Shown in pieces: positions 33,633-41,900 of a stretch of 43,183 nucleotides of DNA; the first letter of the stretch is position 1, and each line of letters begins with the position of its first letter. The DNA comes from an uncultured Verrucomicrobiota bacterium. Its GTDB lineage: Bacteria > Verrucomicrobiota > Verrucomicrobiia > Limisphaerales > UBA9464. The notes beneath the pieces are model-generated. The model made no database searches and was not told the origin of the DNA. It was given only the letters and a program-made list of their open reading frames with translations. A program made the position numbers and the translations under genes. The stretch lies in assembly GCA_964654875.1 (NCBI GenBank), contig CAZZKQ010000001.1, positions 1-43,183 of the forward strand, given 5' to 3'.

Positions 33633-36600
33633 TCACTGCAGTGGTGTAAAAACCACAAGAGCGGCAGTTCCAACACCGACTCCATTCGATACGGCAGGAT
33701 CGCTTTCGCCTGTATCTAAGTAATTATTACCGTTTCGGTCCTCAACGTAGTCCGGTATACCGTCTCCGTCGGCGTCATTTGGAACTCCAAATGTATTGAG
33801 ACCGATGTAATGAAAACCTAAATCCACCGTGGATGGAGTATCAGCACCTTCCTTAGTGGAGTTGGCCGACTTCACCGTGAAATGATACAAACCTGCCGTT
33901 TCACGAGTCCGACTGCCAGCGTCGATGAGCGTTGCCAAACTCGGTGCTCCTCCCGAAGCAGGGTAGTACCGAACACCCCATACTGCGTTGGTTTGATAAT
34001 CTATACTTAAGCCCGTTTTGTCTCCGGAACCGACGTAGGTATTGGTCGTTCCAGAGGTAAAACCATTATTCGAGCGCGTGACCGAGGCCGTGGAGTTTCC
34101 ACTCAGTGTCTGACTCGTGCCATCGAACAAGTTATCCTTGATGACCCATGTTGGATTGGAAGTTCCGCTGTCATACGCAACCTGAAGCGCCCCTCGCCAG
34201 AACAGGTTGTTGTAGGCGGAGAATGTCAGGGGCGTGTTGTACGAATAGTAAGAGTGATTGACGCTGACTGTAGCGCGTTCGAAGAGGTTGTTTCGCAGAA
34301 CCACAGCCGAGCTCGAACTATCGATCGGCCAAAGGTTTGGGATTCCCACGTTGCACGATTGGCAGAACTCGACGGTGACCGAGGCGAACGGTTGCGTGTT
34401 GCCCGTGTCCAAGAGGGTCGTTCCCGATTTGCTGAGCGCTGTAAGTTCCGTAAACCGGACGGAGACCACCGGCCGCGTACCGTAGCTGGCGGTGATCTTG
34501 GTCATCGGCCCCCCGTTGCCCTCGCCTGTCCACTGCTCTTGGACATTATGCCAGCGAGTCAACCGGTTCATATTATCGGCACGCCCCTCGCCGATGAATT
34601 GACTGCCGTCTTGGAGATCCACCCCATAGGTGCCCGCCACTGCCACCGCTACGCCGTTGGTCAGTCGTAGGGGGACAGTGAGGTTGACCGCCTTGAGAAC
34701 GTAATCCAGCGGGACATAATGGTAGCCTTTATCCGGCTGATCGGTGTCGCGCTGGACGCGCGGTGATAGCGTGGTATCCAGATTGACCGCACCGGTCAAA
34801 ACCAACGGGGCCTCCGTGGTCATGACCTTAAGTTCCGTCGCCAATTTGGAGTCAATGTTAGTGGTCCCCGAATTACGGTAAGAACTACCACTCACCAGAT
34901 AGTGGCTGCCCCCGGAGACCACCTGAAACAAGCCAGTGCCTGCGCTCGCGGTCTCTACCGAACTATTTTGATTGGTGTAACTCCCCGGAGTCGCAACCTG
35001 AACCAGCAGGGAGTTCCTCAGGGTCACGGCAGCCGCCGAGTTGTAGTTGAACTGGGTTGCTTGATTCACCGTGAGATGTTGGCCATCCACCGTGGCTGTG
35101 GACCCAGCGAGTACCCTGTTGACGTTGTGGAACAGCACGTTATGGAGGTGGACCGTGCTGACCGGATCCACCCCCTCCTGGCATCGCACCACCTGCCCGT
35201 GCCGGACGGTATGCTCGGTGCCCCCGGAGAACTCCAATGCTCGGCGCTGATGAGTCAGACGCACATGAGTCAGCGTGACATTTGTGCCATTGTTCAAAAC
35301 CAAGGTACCGCCAGCCGAACCATAGTAGCTGTTCGTGGGAACTCCCGTCGAACCCGTGATCAGCTGTCCCACCGTGTTGTCGTCCTTCGCCGTGAACACC
35401 ACGGGCCGGTAGGCGGTTCCACCGAGATCCAGCGCCCCTTGGACCTCGAGCTTGGCTGTCGTGCTCGAGTCGATTTTCAAGACCGTCCCCCCTTCGAACG
35501 TGGTCTTACCTGTCAGAACCACCGCACCAGAGATGTAATAGGTTTCGTCGCTCGCGAACGTGTAGTTGGTCTGTGAGGTGTTCAGTGTGAGGTAATCGAG
35601 CACCAATCCTGGACGGGACAGATTCGCAACCACATCAGACTCACGCCCACGATCCAACCGGCGCACCTGAAGTTTTTCGACATCCGGACGGCGCACCTTT
35701 GCTGGCCGCTTGTTGACAACCTCAAATCGATTCTTCTGCGGCCTCCCAAGCGATGCACCACCCTTTGACCCAGGAAGTTCATCCAGGCCGCCAGCAACGG
35801 CTGACAAATCAACAGACTCCACCAAGAAGCGTCGCCCACCGGGATCCACCATCCAGTGCTTGACCACCAACGTTAGCGACTCGTTTTCCCGCCCTAGGCG
35901 AAACGTGCGGCCACTTCCGATCTTGGCGAGGCCAAAATCCAATTCCTCATCCACTGAATGTTCAACAGCCCGACCTTCACCTCGGCGCTGACGCCGCACT
36001 GGCTCAGGGGCCTGTTCGAATTCAGTCCAAACCTCCAAACGGGTTGTCTCCGGGTTCAGACCGTAGGCCGTTGGATCCGGTGGGGTTTCCCGAAGGATGA
36101 TGTCCTGCTCAAAGCCCGCTCGGGTGTAGGTGTAACGAACATCCGCTCTCACCCCATTGAACGCATCCGGATAGACCAGCTCGTTCGGTGACACCAGGAG
36201 CCCCTGACTATCCTTAACTTCAGCCACCAGGACCGACTGCCCGGATTTCATGTCGAAGTACGCCAACCCGTAAACATGACTCGACATCAGACCTCCGTCT
36301 GGCAGGCGCATCTGTACTGCGCCTGCCATGTTAAGGTTGGCCGCAAGACTCACCTTGTGCTGTCCCTTCCAGGCAATAGCTGCACCTGGAATCAGCTCGA
36401 ACTCGGCACGGCTTTCCTCCCACTGCCCCGACTCATTCCAATAGTTCAAACCGGTCTCAAGCTGCACGTAGGAGTTGGTCTCGGTCAGGGTATTCCCCAG
36501 TTCGTCCACCCATGACACCACAGATTCAACCACCTGATGGTGTGGCCCACGTTCACGGATATAATGCTCACTTTGGGCACGGCACGGGGGGAGCAAAAAC

Positions 36601-36662
36601 AACCCAATGGCACAGGAGAAAAAGAGGCAGTTGAACGTCCCGGGAGGAAAGATCCGTTTCAT
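33633..36662 (-). CDS. Large secreted protein (1009 aa) with a parallel-beta-helix-like central region and a C-terminal Ca-binding (thrombospondin type 3-like) Asp-rich repeat
   Basis: The signal peptide is MKRIFPPGTFNCLFFSCAIGLFLLPPCRAQ. It has repetitive N/G/T/V-rich beta-strand periodicity and DADGDGIPDYVEDRNGNNYLDTGESDP near the C-terminus. It is the first gene of the locus-2 operon. Confidence 0.7.
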   Translation of the reverse strand: MKRIFPPGTFNCLFFSCAIGLFLLPPCRAQSEHYIRERGPHHQVVESVVSWVDELGNTLTETNSYVQLETGLNYWNESGQWEESRAEFELIPGAAIAWKGQHKVSLAANLNMAGAVQMRLPDGGLMSSHVYGLAYFDMKSGQSVLVAEVKDSQGLLVSPNELVYPDAFNGVRADVRYTYTRAGFEQDIILRETPPDPTAYGLNPETTRLEVWTEFEQAPEPVRRQRRGEGRAVEHSVDEELDFGLAKIGSGRTFRLGRENESLTLVVKHWMVDPGGRRFLVESVDLSAVAGGLDELPGSKGGASLGRPQKNRFEVVNKRPAKVRRPDVEKLQVRRLDRGRESDVVANLSRPGLVLDYLTLNTSQTNYTFASDETYYISGAVVLTGKTTFEGGTVLKIDSSTTAKLEVQGALDLGGTAYRPVVFTAKDDNTVGQLITGSTGVPTNSYYGSAGGTLVLNNGTNVTLTHVRLTHQRRALEFSGGTEHTVRHGQVVRCQEGVDPVSTVHLHNVLFHNVNRVLAGSTATVDGQHLTVNQATQFNYNSAAAVTLRNSLLVQVATPGSYTNQNSSVETASAGTGLFQVVSGGSHYLVSGSSYRNSGTTNIDSKLATELKVMTTEAPLVLTGAVNLDTTLSPRVQRDTDQPDKGYHYVPLDYVLKAVNLTVPLRLTNGVAVAVAGTYGVDLQDGSQFIGEGRADNMNRLTRWHNVQEQWTGEGNGGPMTKITASYGTRPVVSVRFTELTALSKSGTTLLDTGNTQPFASVTVEFCQSCNVGIPNLWPIDSSSSAVVLRNNLFERATVSVNHSYYSYNTPLTFSAYNNLFWRGALQVAYDSGTSNPTWVIKDNLFDGTSQTLSGNSTASVTRSNNGFTSGTTNTYVGSGDKTGLSIDYQTNAVWGVRYYPASGGAPSLATLIDAGSRTRETAGLYHFTVKSANSTKEGADTPSTVDLGFHYIGLNTFGVPNDADGDGIPDYVEDRNGNNYLDTGESDPAVSNGVGVGTAALVVFTPLQ

Positions 36663-36887
36663 GAGGGGAAGCAGGTTTGATTGCAGAACGGGAAGGGAGA
36701 GGGCGCGAAGCAGTCGGTAGGTTTGCTAGGGTCGGAATCCAGAATTCCTCACACCAGCCCCTGGCTTGGTTTCTTCTCGGGTATGAAAACCGAGTACTAG
36801 AATGCTCTTCTGAGGGCAATTATTTTTCTTTCTTTTTCTTATTTTCCCATCCTGGGTGCGTTTAGGAAGGCCGCGGTGCCCTATGTC

Positions 36888-37140
36888 AGAAACCCCGGAT
36901 TCCAGCCGCTTTGCCAGAGGCCTCCCCGGTAACCAAGGGGAGACAAAAGGCGGGACTCGAGAAGATCCCGCCAAGAAGGGCGATGCCTCGGAAGAACAAT
37001 GGGAACATCGAGATTGGGTGATGTTTGTTAGGTTCAACCCAAAGCCCCCCTTTGGGGGGAAGACCACGGGCTCTGGGATGCGAAACGCCTGAGTCCTTCA
37101 TAACCTTACGCAGAATCTTTCGCTTTTTTTGAGGACCAGA
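36888..37140 (-). promoter_or_regulatory. Second copy of the rhs leader plus a signal-peptide stub (truncated by a stop at 36886-36888)
   Basis: MKDSGVSHPRARGLPPKGGLWVEPNKHHPISMFPLFFRGIALLGGIFSSPAFCLPLVTGEASGKAAGIRGF* aligns with the Rhs-1 N-terminus. The upstream ~130 nt align with 19274-19412. Confidence 0.6.
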
Positions 37141-37215
37141 ATTATGGCCCAACTTGGACCCCAGCCAATGTCACTCTTTGGCTTGGCCACAGGTCGTTTT
37201 GCTCCTTACACGACC

Positions 37216-37905
37216 TCACATGAGCACCAGCAGGGACGAAACCACGAACCTGATGGACTCCATGCACACGGTCGCCTGACAGCGACCGGCGGTCCCCAGA
37301 TTCAGAAGTTCATCGGTCAGGACCACCAGGTGCCGCATCAGTTTGCGGGAGGGCTCGTCCAGGTTTTCCCCAAGGCGCGAGGCGAAGAAGGAGTCCAGGA
37401 CGTGAACCGCCACCCTCGGCTGGCTCACATCGACCCCGCTTAATTCCTTGGGGTACACGCGGGCCACCACATGGGCCGCGGCGCACAGGACCCGCTGACA
37501 GAGGACCCCCACCCGACGGTAATCCGGCTCAGGCATGAAGAAGCAATCGTCCAACGACTGGACCAGTCGGTGCAGCTCCCGGATTCCCAAGGCTTCAGCC
37601 CTCTCGGATTGCAGAAATGCACCTGTTTCTTTCGGGGTCGGTTTCTGGACGGGCGTTTCCTCCCACGGGGGGAGGTCGGCCGAACGACCCGAATCTGCTG
37701 AAGACTTGGAGCACACCCCAACGGGGCGCCTTTTGGGGCCGATGTCGGACATCAGGACCTTCCACGAACTCCCCAGACTCGCCTGAGCACGTTGCCATTC
37801 CTCCACCGTCTCCTCGCTGACCCCCTCGATGGGCTCAACGTCACTGCGCTCCTCCAGAAGCACCACATTCGTCTGACTCGTCTCCTTCTTCGCTGCCTTT
37901 CCCAT
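37216..37905 (-). CDS. Hypothetical protein (229 aa)
   Basis: The ATG at 37905 is preceded by GAGGAG at 5-nt spacing and lies 12 nt after the upstream stop. No motif recognised. Confidence 0.55.
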   Translation of the reverse strand: MGKAAKKETSQTNVVLLEERSDVEPIEGVSEETVEEWQRAQASLGSSWKVLMSDIGPKRRPVGVCSKSSADSGRSADLPPWEETPVQKPTPKETGAFLQSERAEALGIRELHRLVQSLDDCFFMPEPDYRRVGVLCQRVLCAAAHVVARVYPKELSGVDVSQPRVAVHVLDSFFASRLGENLDEPSRKLMRHLVVLTDELLNLGTAGRCQATVCMESIRFVVSSLLVLM

Positions 37906-37917
37906 TTTCACTCCTCA

Positions 37918-38565
37918 TCACGACATCGGTCCCGACTCGAACGGCCTCACCGGCCGTCTTCGCCACGGCAGGACCTCGCGTGGCACGGGCTCCAACCCGG
38001 CGACCTTCCGCCGCCGGTTGATGGCCCTCCAAATCATGAACACCTGGTTCCTCACCGGCGCGTACCGCTCGAAGGGAAGTTGCGCCAACTCCCGTGTCAG
38101 CCTTTCGACCGTCCACCGGGGAGCCATCTCCTCGAAGTACGCCTTCAACTCCAGGTACTGGCGGCGCTCGATCCGGACCGAGGCGTGCCAACGGCCCCCT
38201 CCCCTGCCCCGACGGTAACTCACCGAGTACCCGCAATAGCACAGGGGGCTCTCCCGGATGTCCCGCACCCGGTCCCCCTCGGCCTCGAAGAACACACCCT
38301 CGCCCCGGGTGGCGATCACCACCCAGAAACGCTCGTGCCTCAGGTAATGGAGGTTGGCCTGTCCGGCCTTCTTCTTGCGGGCTCGGGCCCACTTCGAGAT
38401 GCCAATGCCGTACTGGGTCATGAGCTTCCGGTCCGTCCGGGCGGGGTCCTTCCTCTCAGGAATCACCCCGCTCACGTAGAACCAGTACCCCTTGGCCACA
38501 TACGCCACGGCGAGCTGCTGAATGAACCCGGCCAGGGTGACACATTCGTGTTGGTATCTGACCAC
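37918..38565 (-). CDS. Arg-rich hypothetical protein (215 aa from the GTG start)
   Basis: The GTG at 38565 is preceded by GGAGG at 7-nt spacing. The ORF-track start at 38718 would add 51 codons overlapping structured RNA-like sequence. Notable segments are KGYWFYVSGVIPERKDP... and ...YCGYSVSYRRGRGGGRWHASVRIERRQ.... I could not place the family. Confidence 0.5.
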   Translation of the reverse strand: MVRYQHECVTLAGFIQQLAVAYVAKGYWFYVSGVIPERKDPARTDRKLMTQYGIGISKWARARKKKAGQANLHYLRHERFWVVIATRGEGVFFEAEGDRVRDIRESPLCYCGYSVSYRRGRGGGRWHASVRIERRQYLELKAYFEEMAPRWTVERLTRELAQLPFERYAPVRNQVFMIWRAINRRRKVAGLEPVPREVLPWRRRPVRPFESGPMS

Positions 38566-38599
38566 GGCACAACCTCCACACGGGGTTATGGTGGAAGCA

Positions 38600-39697
38600 T
38601 GGGTGGAGGTTGCTTGGGAAAGGCGCAATCCTCCTAAAGCCCTGAAATCCTTTGGCCGGTTCGTACGCCCCACAGGGGTACTCTCCGACACATCCTTTTC
38701 CCGGTCGCAGACCGGCAAAAACTCTCACCTTCGCTCAAAACCTGGTCGGATTGCGGCAACGCTTCGGTCGACCCCGCTCTTGCTCGGGGGGTCTTTCCTC
38801 CTCGTTGCTGCATTCCCCTATGGCTGCTTCGCAGTAATAGAGGTAGCGCCTACGGCGCTTCCACAACCTCCGGCCACACGTCCGGTGCCCGGCCTTCATG
38901 CAACTGACACCCCACACCGCTCCTCCCGGAACAGTCTGAGGCACCCGCTTCGCTGGACTTCCCAACCCGGGGGCATGGAATGGACTCCCGTCCTCCCACG
39001 CCCCCGGCGGATACCAGTCGAGTTTTCTCGTCACCCCTTTCGGTCCGTCTTCCTGGCCTCGGCACCACCCGGTCGGCCTGACGACACGAACGCCACTGCC
39101 TTGCAGCGTCCCTGTGGCCCTCCCCCTTGGCATGGGGGCAAGCACTCCTACTTGAGGCACTCTCCCAGACTACAGCGTCCACCTGCCCTGACTTGGGCAG
39201 AACCCGGGCATCACCCCGGTGGCTGTACTCCTTCCCCGTTTAGCAATGACCTGCTGTCGAACCGAGTCACGTCGGCTGCCCCATTTCTGGAGCGAGGAAC
39301 GGATGACACGTCACGGGCTTCCCAGCCCGCCGTGGTTTGCAACCGGCACTCCCCTCCCCTTTTCAGGGTCGGGTTGCCTCCGGTCGATTTCGGGGGGCAG
39401 AACGCAGAAGCGCCCCCCTACCCACCATCCTTGGTTCCCTTCCGATTCGGCTCCGTCTCTCGGTTCCGTTACCGCTTCGCCCTTCCTGGGCTTTGCACCG
39501 TTGAGCTATTCGCGTTCCGCTTTTTCGGCGGATACCCGGTCCTGTCAGACCGGCTGGGGGTGTCACCACCCTCCAGGCTCCCGGCAGCGGCAGACGTTGA
39601 ACGAACCCATCACAAGGACTTTCACCCCGATAGCCTCTTGGGCTTTGGTCCGAACCCCGTCCGGAGGATTTGCGTCGGGCTCTTCCCGCACGCGCAC
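38600..39697 (-). ncRNA. Candidate group II ribozyme domains I-III(IV), starting at the 5'-splice-site consensus GUGCG (39697, repeated at 39691). The 3' limit is uncertain.
   Basis: About 1.1 kb of GC-rich sequence shows no credible protein signal (its only long ORFs are Pro/Arg/Ser-rich). The minus strand begins GUGCGCGUGCGGGAAGAGCCC... and is rich in purine-rich single-stranded motifs and loop-capped hairpins (CCGCCGAAAAAGCGG, GGUAACGGAACCGAGAGACGG) reminiscent of domain I. This is not verified by a covariance model. Confidence 0.4.
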
Positions 39698-39793
39698 CTC
39701 TTGAGTCATCACGGCCCCACTCTCCAGAACCCTTGCGGCACTGGTGTAGCGGGGTCTTTCACGGTCGCCCGCGAACCAGGCCGTTTCCGGCCC
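39698..39793 (-). other. 96-nt segment bracketed by the predicted 3' splice site (upstream) and 5' splice site (downstream). It is the predicted back-spliced (circular) RNA product if the ribozyme is circularly permuted.
   Basis: Its position lies between ...CUAUCUCAU| at 39794 and |GUGCG at 39697. It contains its own hairpins (GGCCGGAAACGGCC). The boundaries are predictions. Confidence 0.3.
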
Positions 39794-39896
39794 ATGAGAT
39801 AGAATCTGGCGATTACTCCGAACCCCTTGCGGGTCCCGGGATTACTGCCAAAAGCCTCTCTCGAACCGGACGAGCACGTCTCCGTGCATCCGGCTC
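39794..39896 (-). ncRNA. Group II intron domain V (39863-39896) and a domain VI-like hairpin (39796-39862)
   Basis: The minus strand reads GAGCCGGAUGCACGGAGACGUGCUCGUCCGGUUC. This is 34 nt with the AGC triad, a 2-nt bulge on the 3' arm and a GAGA tetraloop. It is followed by a long imperfect hairpin with a GCAA loop. The basal helix GAGAGAG/CUAUCUC leaves A39800 unpaired, 7 nt from an AU end. Confidence 0.7.
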
Positions 39897-40289
39897 TACG
39901 AGACACGAACCTGACGGGTGATGAAATCCGTCCCCTTATGCTGGTTGGTGACCAGCTTTACCGGGTGTTCGCGCCCGACTGGCACCGCCTTGGAAAGCGT
40001 TTGCTGACCATGACGACGACAGGGCAAAACCCTGCGCCAAGCACACTACCAGAACGGCGTTTGATAACCAATGGGGCTGGACGGCAGGACGTTATACTCA
40101 GCCGTTTCGGCGAACTTCAGTGGTTGTTTGAAATTATTGACCTTCACCCCCGTCTTAAAGGCAACGAACACCATCTAGGATGGTCTGCCTCACCGCATCC
40201 GGCTCTTCCGCAAACTGGCATAGACCGGCTCCACCACGTTTTCAAATCTGTCTCTCATCTCTGGCATAATGTTTTGGGCCTCCCTGCCT

Positions 40290-40934
40290 TTAGGCAATGC
40301 GATTCCATGGGCGACGCTGTGGGTTAACGAGCGTGCGAAGGCGGTCTGAAACGAAATTGTCGGTCTCTTTCACGTAGCGTTTTATCACAACTCCTAGTTC
40401 TACGAGTTGCCCGAATCGAATGTACCTACTTTGGCCGCCGCGATGAGCCACTTCTCCACGCAGAACAACGAAGTTGTCTATTGGTGCGAAACCCGTGCTC
40501 CATGCCGCGCCGATGTCTGAAATGGCGAGGAAGTCCTGAAAGAGGGGGCGCAACTTGTGGTACTTCGGCGTGTTAAGCTTTTCTACGCGCACTTTAATTG
40601 CGTCGGCGTAGACCTTAACCCACACCGGTGTTGAAAGGTGAGCCACATTCCATGCGTTCGCATTGTTGTTTGCGTGTTTCGTCACCTCCTGTTGAACGGC
40701 TGCGGGCAATCCGTTGATGTTCGGAAGGCGGTTAGCGGTGATCTGCGCGCCTTCGGCAATGACAGTCTCTACATACCGTTCCCACGCGGCGCATAGGAGC
40801 AGGAGACCTCCTCGTGTCAAGTGAGCTAATCCGCGCCTTCCTCTTCCTGTACCACTTTCTCGCCTGTGGAGCAGGACCAGCCGATGAACATCGGTCAAAT
40901 TCCGATTGAACTCTGTGTACGCTTCGGACGGCAT
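40290..40934 (-). CDS. HEPN-domain protein of the RiboL-PSP / MAE_28990-like (Abi-type) family
   Basis: 214 aa. The RxxxxH motif is LRGEVAH. The N-terminal pattern FNRNLTDVHRLVLLH...LLLLCAAWERYVE is as in RiboL-PSP-HEPN proteins. Confidence 0.7.
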   Translation of the reverse strand: MPSEAYTEFNRNLTDVHRLVLLHRRESGTGRGRRGLAHLTRGGLLLLCAAWERYVETVIAEGAQITANRLPNINGLPAAVQQEVTKHANNNANAWNVAHLSTPVWVKVYADAIKVRVEKLNTPKYHKLRPLFQDFLAISDIGAAWSTGFAPIDNFVVLRGEVAHRGGQSRYIRFGQLVELGVVIKRYVKETDNFVSDRLRTLVNPQRRPWNRIA

Positions 40935-41055
40935 CCTTGTAGTGGCCTGAAGGCCAAGCTCAGCGACGGCCTTGTGGTGCGCAAGGTGTGCTCACGAATT
41001 CCCGCTACGCTCGAAAGTGGGTCGGAGAGTCTTTTTACTGCCGCACTCTGTTGAA

Positions 41056-41298
41056 CTAGCCATTCTGCCTAGCCAACTCCGTAACACGAGCAATCTCTTC
41101 CTCCCACTTATCCAAATCTCGTTCGGTACGAAAAACCCGGCGGATGTCTGGTGACGCGTTGCCATACTCCGTCTGGACGACAACAACTCCGCCTCGCCGA
41201 ACAACCTCGCGCGCTATGTCTAGGAGCGCGGTATTGAACTGGCTTCCGCCGAGCGCAAGTGTGTCGTCGTATTGGTCTGATGTGATAGTCAGCCTCAT
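41056..41298 (-). CDS. Small hypothetical protein (80 aa) upstream of the HEPN gene
   Basis: It is on the same strand, 121 nt upstream of the HEPN gene. No motif recognised. Confidence 0.4.
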   Translation of the reverse strand: MRLTITSDQYDDTLALGGSQFNTALLDIAREVVRRGGVVVVQTEYGNASPDIRRVFRTERDLDKWEEEIARVTELARQNG

Positions 41299-41900
41299 AA
41301 GTATGATGTGTTACTGGGCCTAGCTGTATTTAGTATGCTTACAGGCGGGCTAACCACTCGGCACCACCGGTCAACCGCGTGGATTCACTGGGCCCCCTAC
41401 CCTCTTTTGTTTAGCGCAGCCAGCCATGGTAAAACCGAGGGGATGGTTTCAAGAGGTTTGAAACCCGCTGTCTCCCACGTTGGTGGGGACGCCCTGCAGG
41501 TGGGGTTCACCTGCTTTTTGCGACACATACCATGACAGGAAATCGACGGAATAAAGTGCGAGGTCATTAAGCGTCTCGGGAGGCAGGCCATTCATCGGGG
41601 CCCACACAGACAGATCACCTGTCCCCGCCTCCTCCAAGTTGTTGTTTCAGGCCGCTTGAGCATCTTTCAGGGTTCGGGACGTGTTTAGGCCAGCTGTGGT
41701 TTGGGGTGACGGTCAAAGCTTCAGCGACTCTTGAACAAGGTCGGTGCGACGGCCAACTCCGCCAAGTCCAGTTCAAGTTTGGTCTCCTTCACCTCCACAT
41801 TGACTCCGACTGTGAAGGCTGACTAGGTGGCGCGTTGCAGCTCGGCAGCGTCCTTGACAGGTGAAACCACCACAGGGGCCAAGGCAAATACACGTTAAGG

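Noticed and set aside
38522-39802. 426-aa plus-strand ORF (and the 141- and 110-aa minus-strand ORFs) covering the region between the 215-aa gene and domain V
   Set aside because: The translation is Pro/Arg/Ser/Gly-rich low-complexity sequence with no motif and no plausible RBS. It is open only because of GC richness. The region is better explained as structured RNA (GUGCG start, loop-capped hairpins).
37918-39896. Canonical mobile group II intron with an intron-encoded protein
   Set aside because: Domain V lies 5' of, not 3' of, the GUGCG and the long structured region. The only ORF downstream (215-266 aa) has no RT motifs (no YADD, no RT 0-7 blocks), and no domain V follows it, because the next gene starts 12 nt later.
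41299-41900. Short ORFs (41308-41535, 41397-41591, 41449-41637) and possible tRNA or att site between the small ORF and the lipoprotein gene
   Set aside because: No cloverleaf-compatible sequence was found, and the ORFs overlap each other in different frames without motifs. This is probably decayed sequence.
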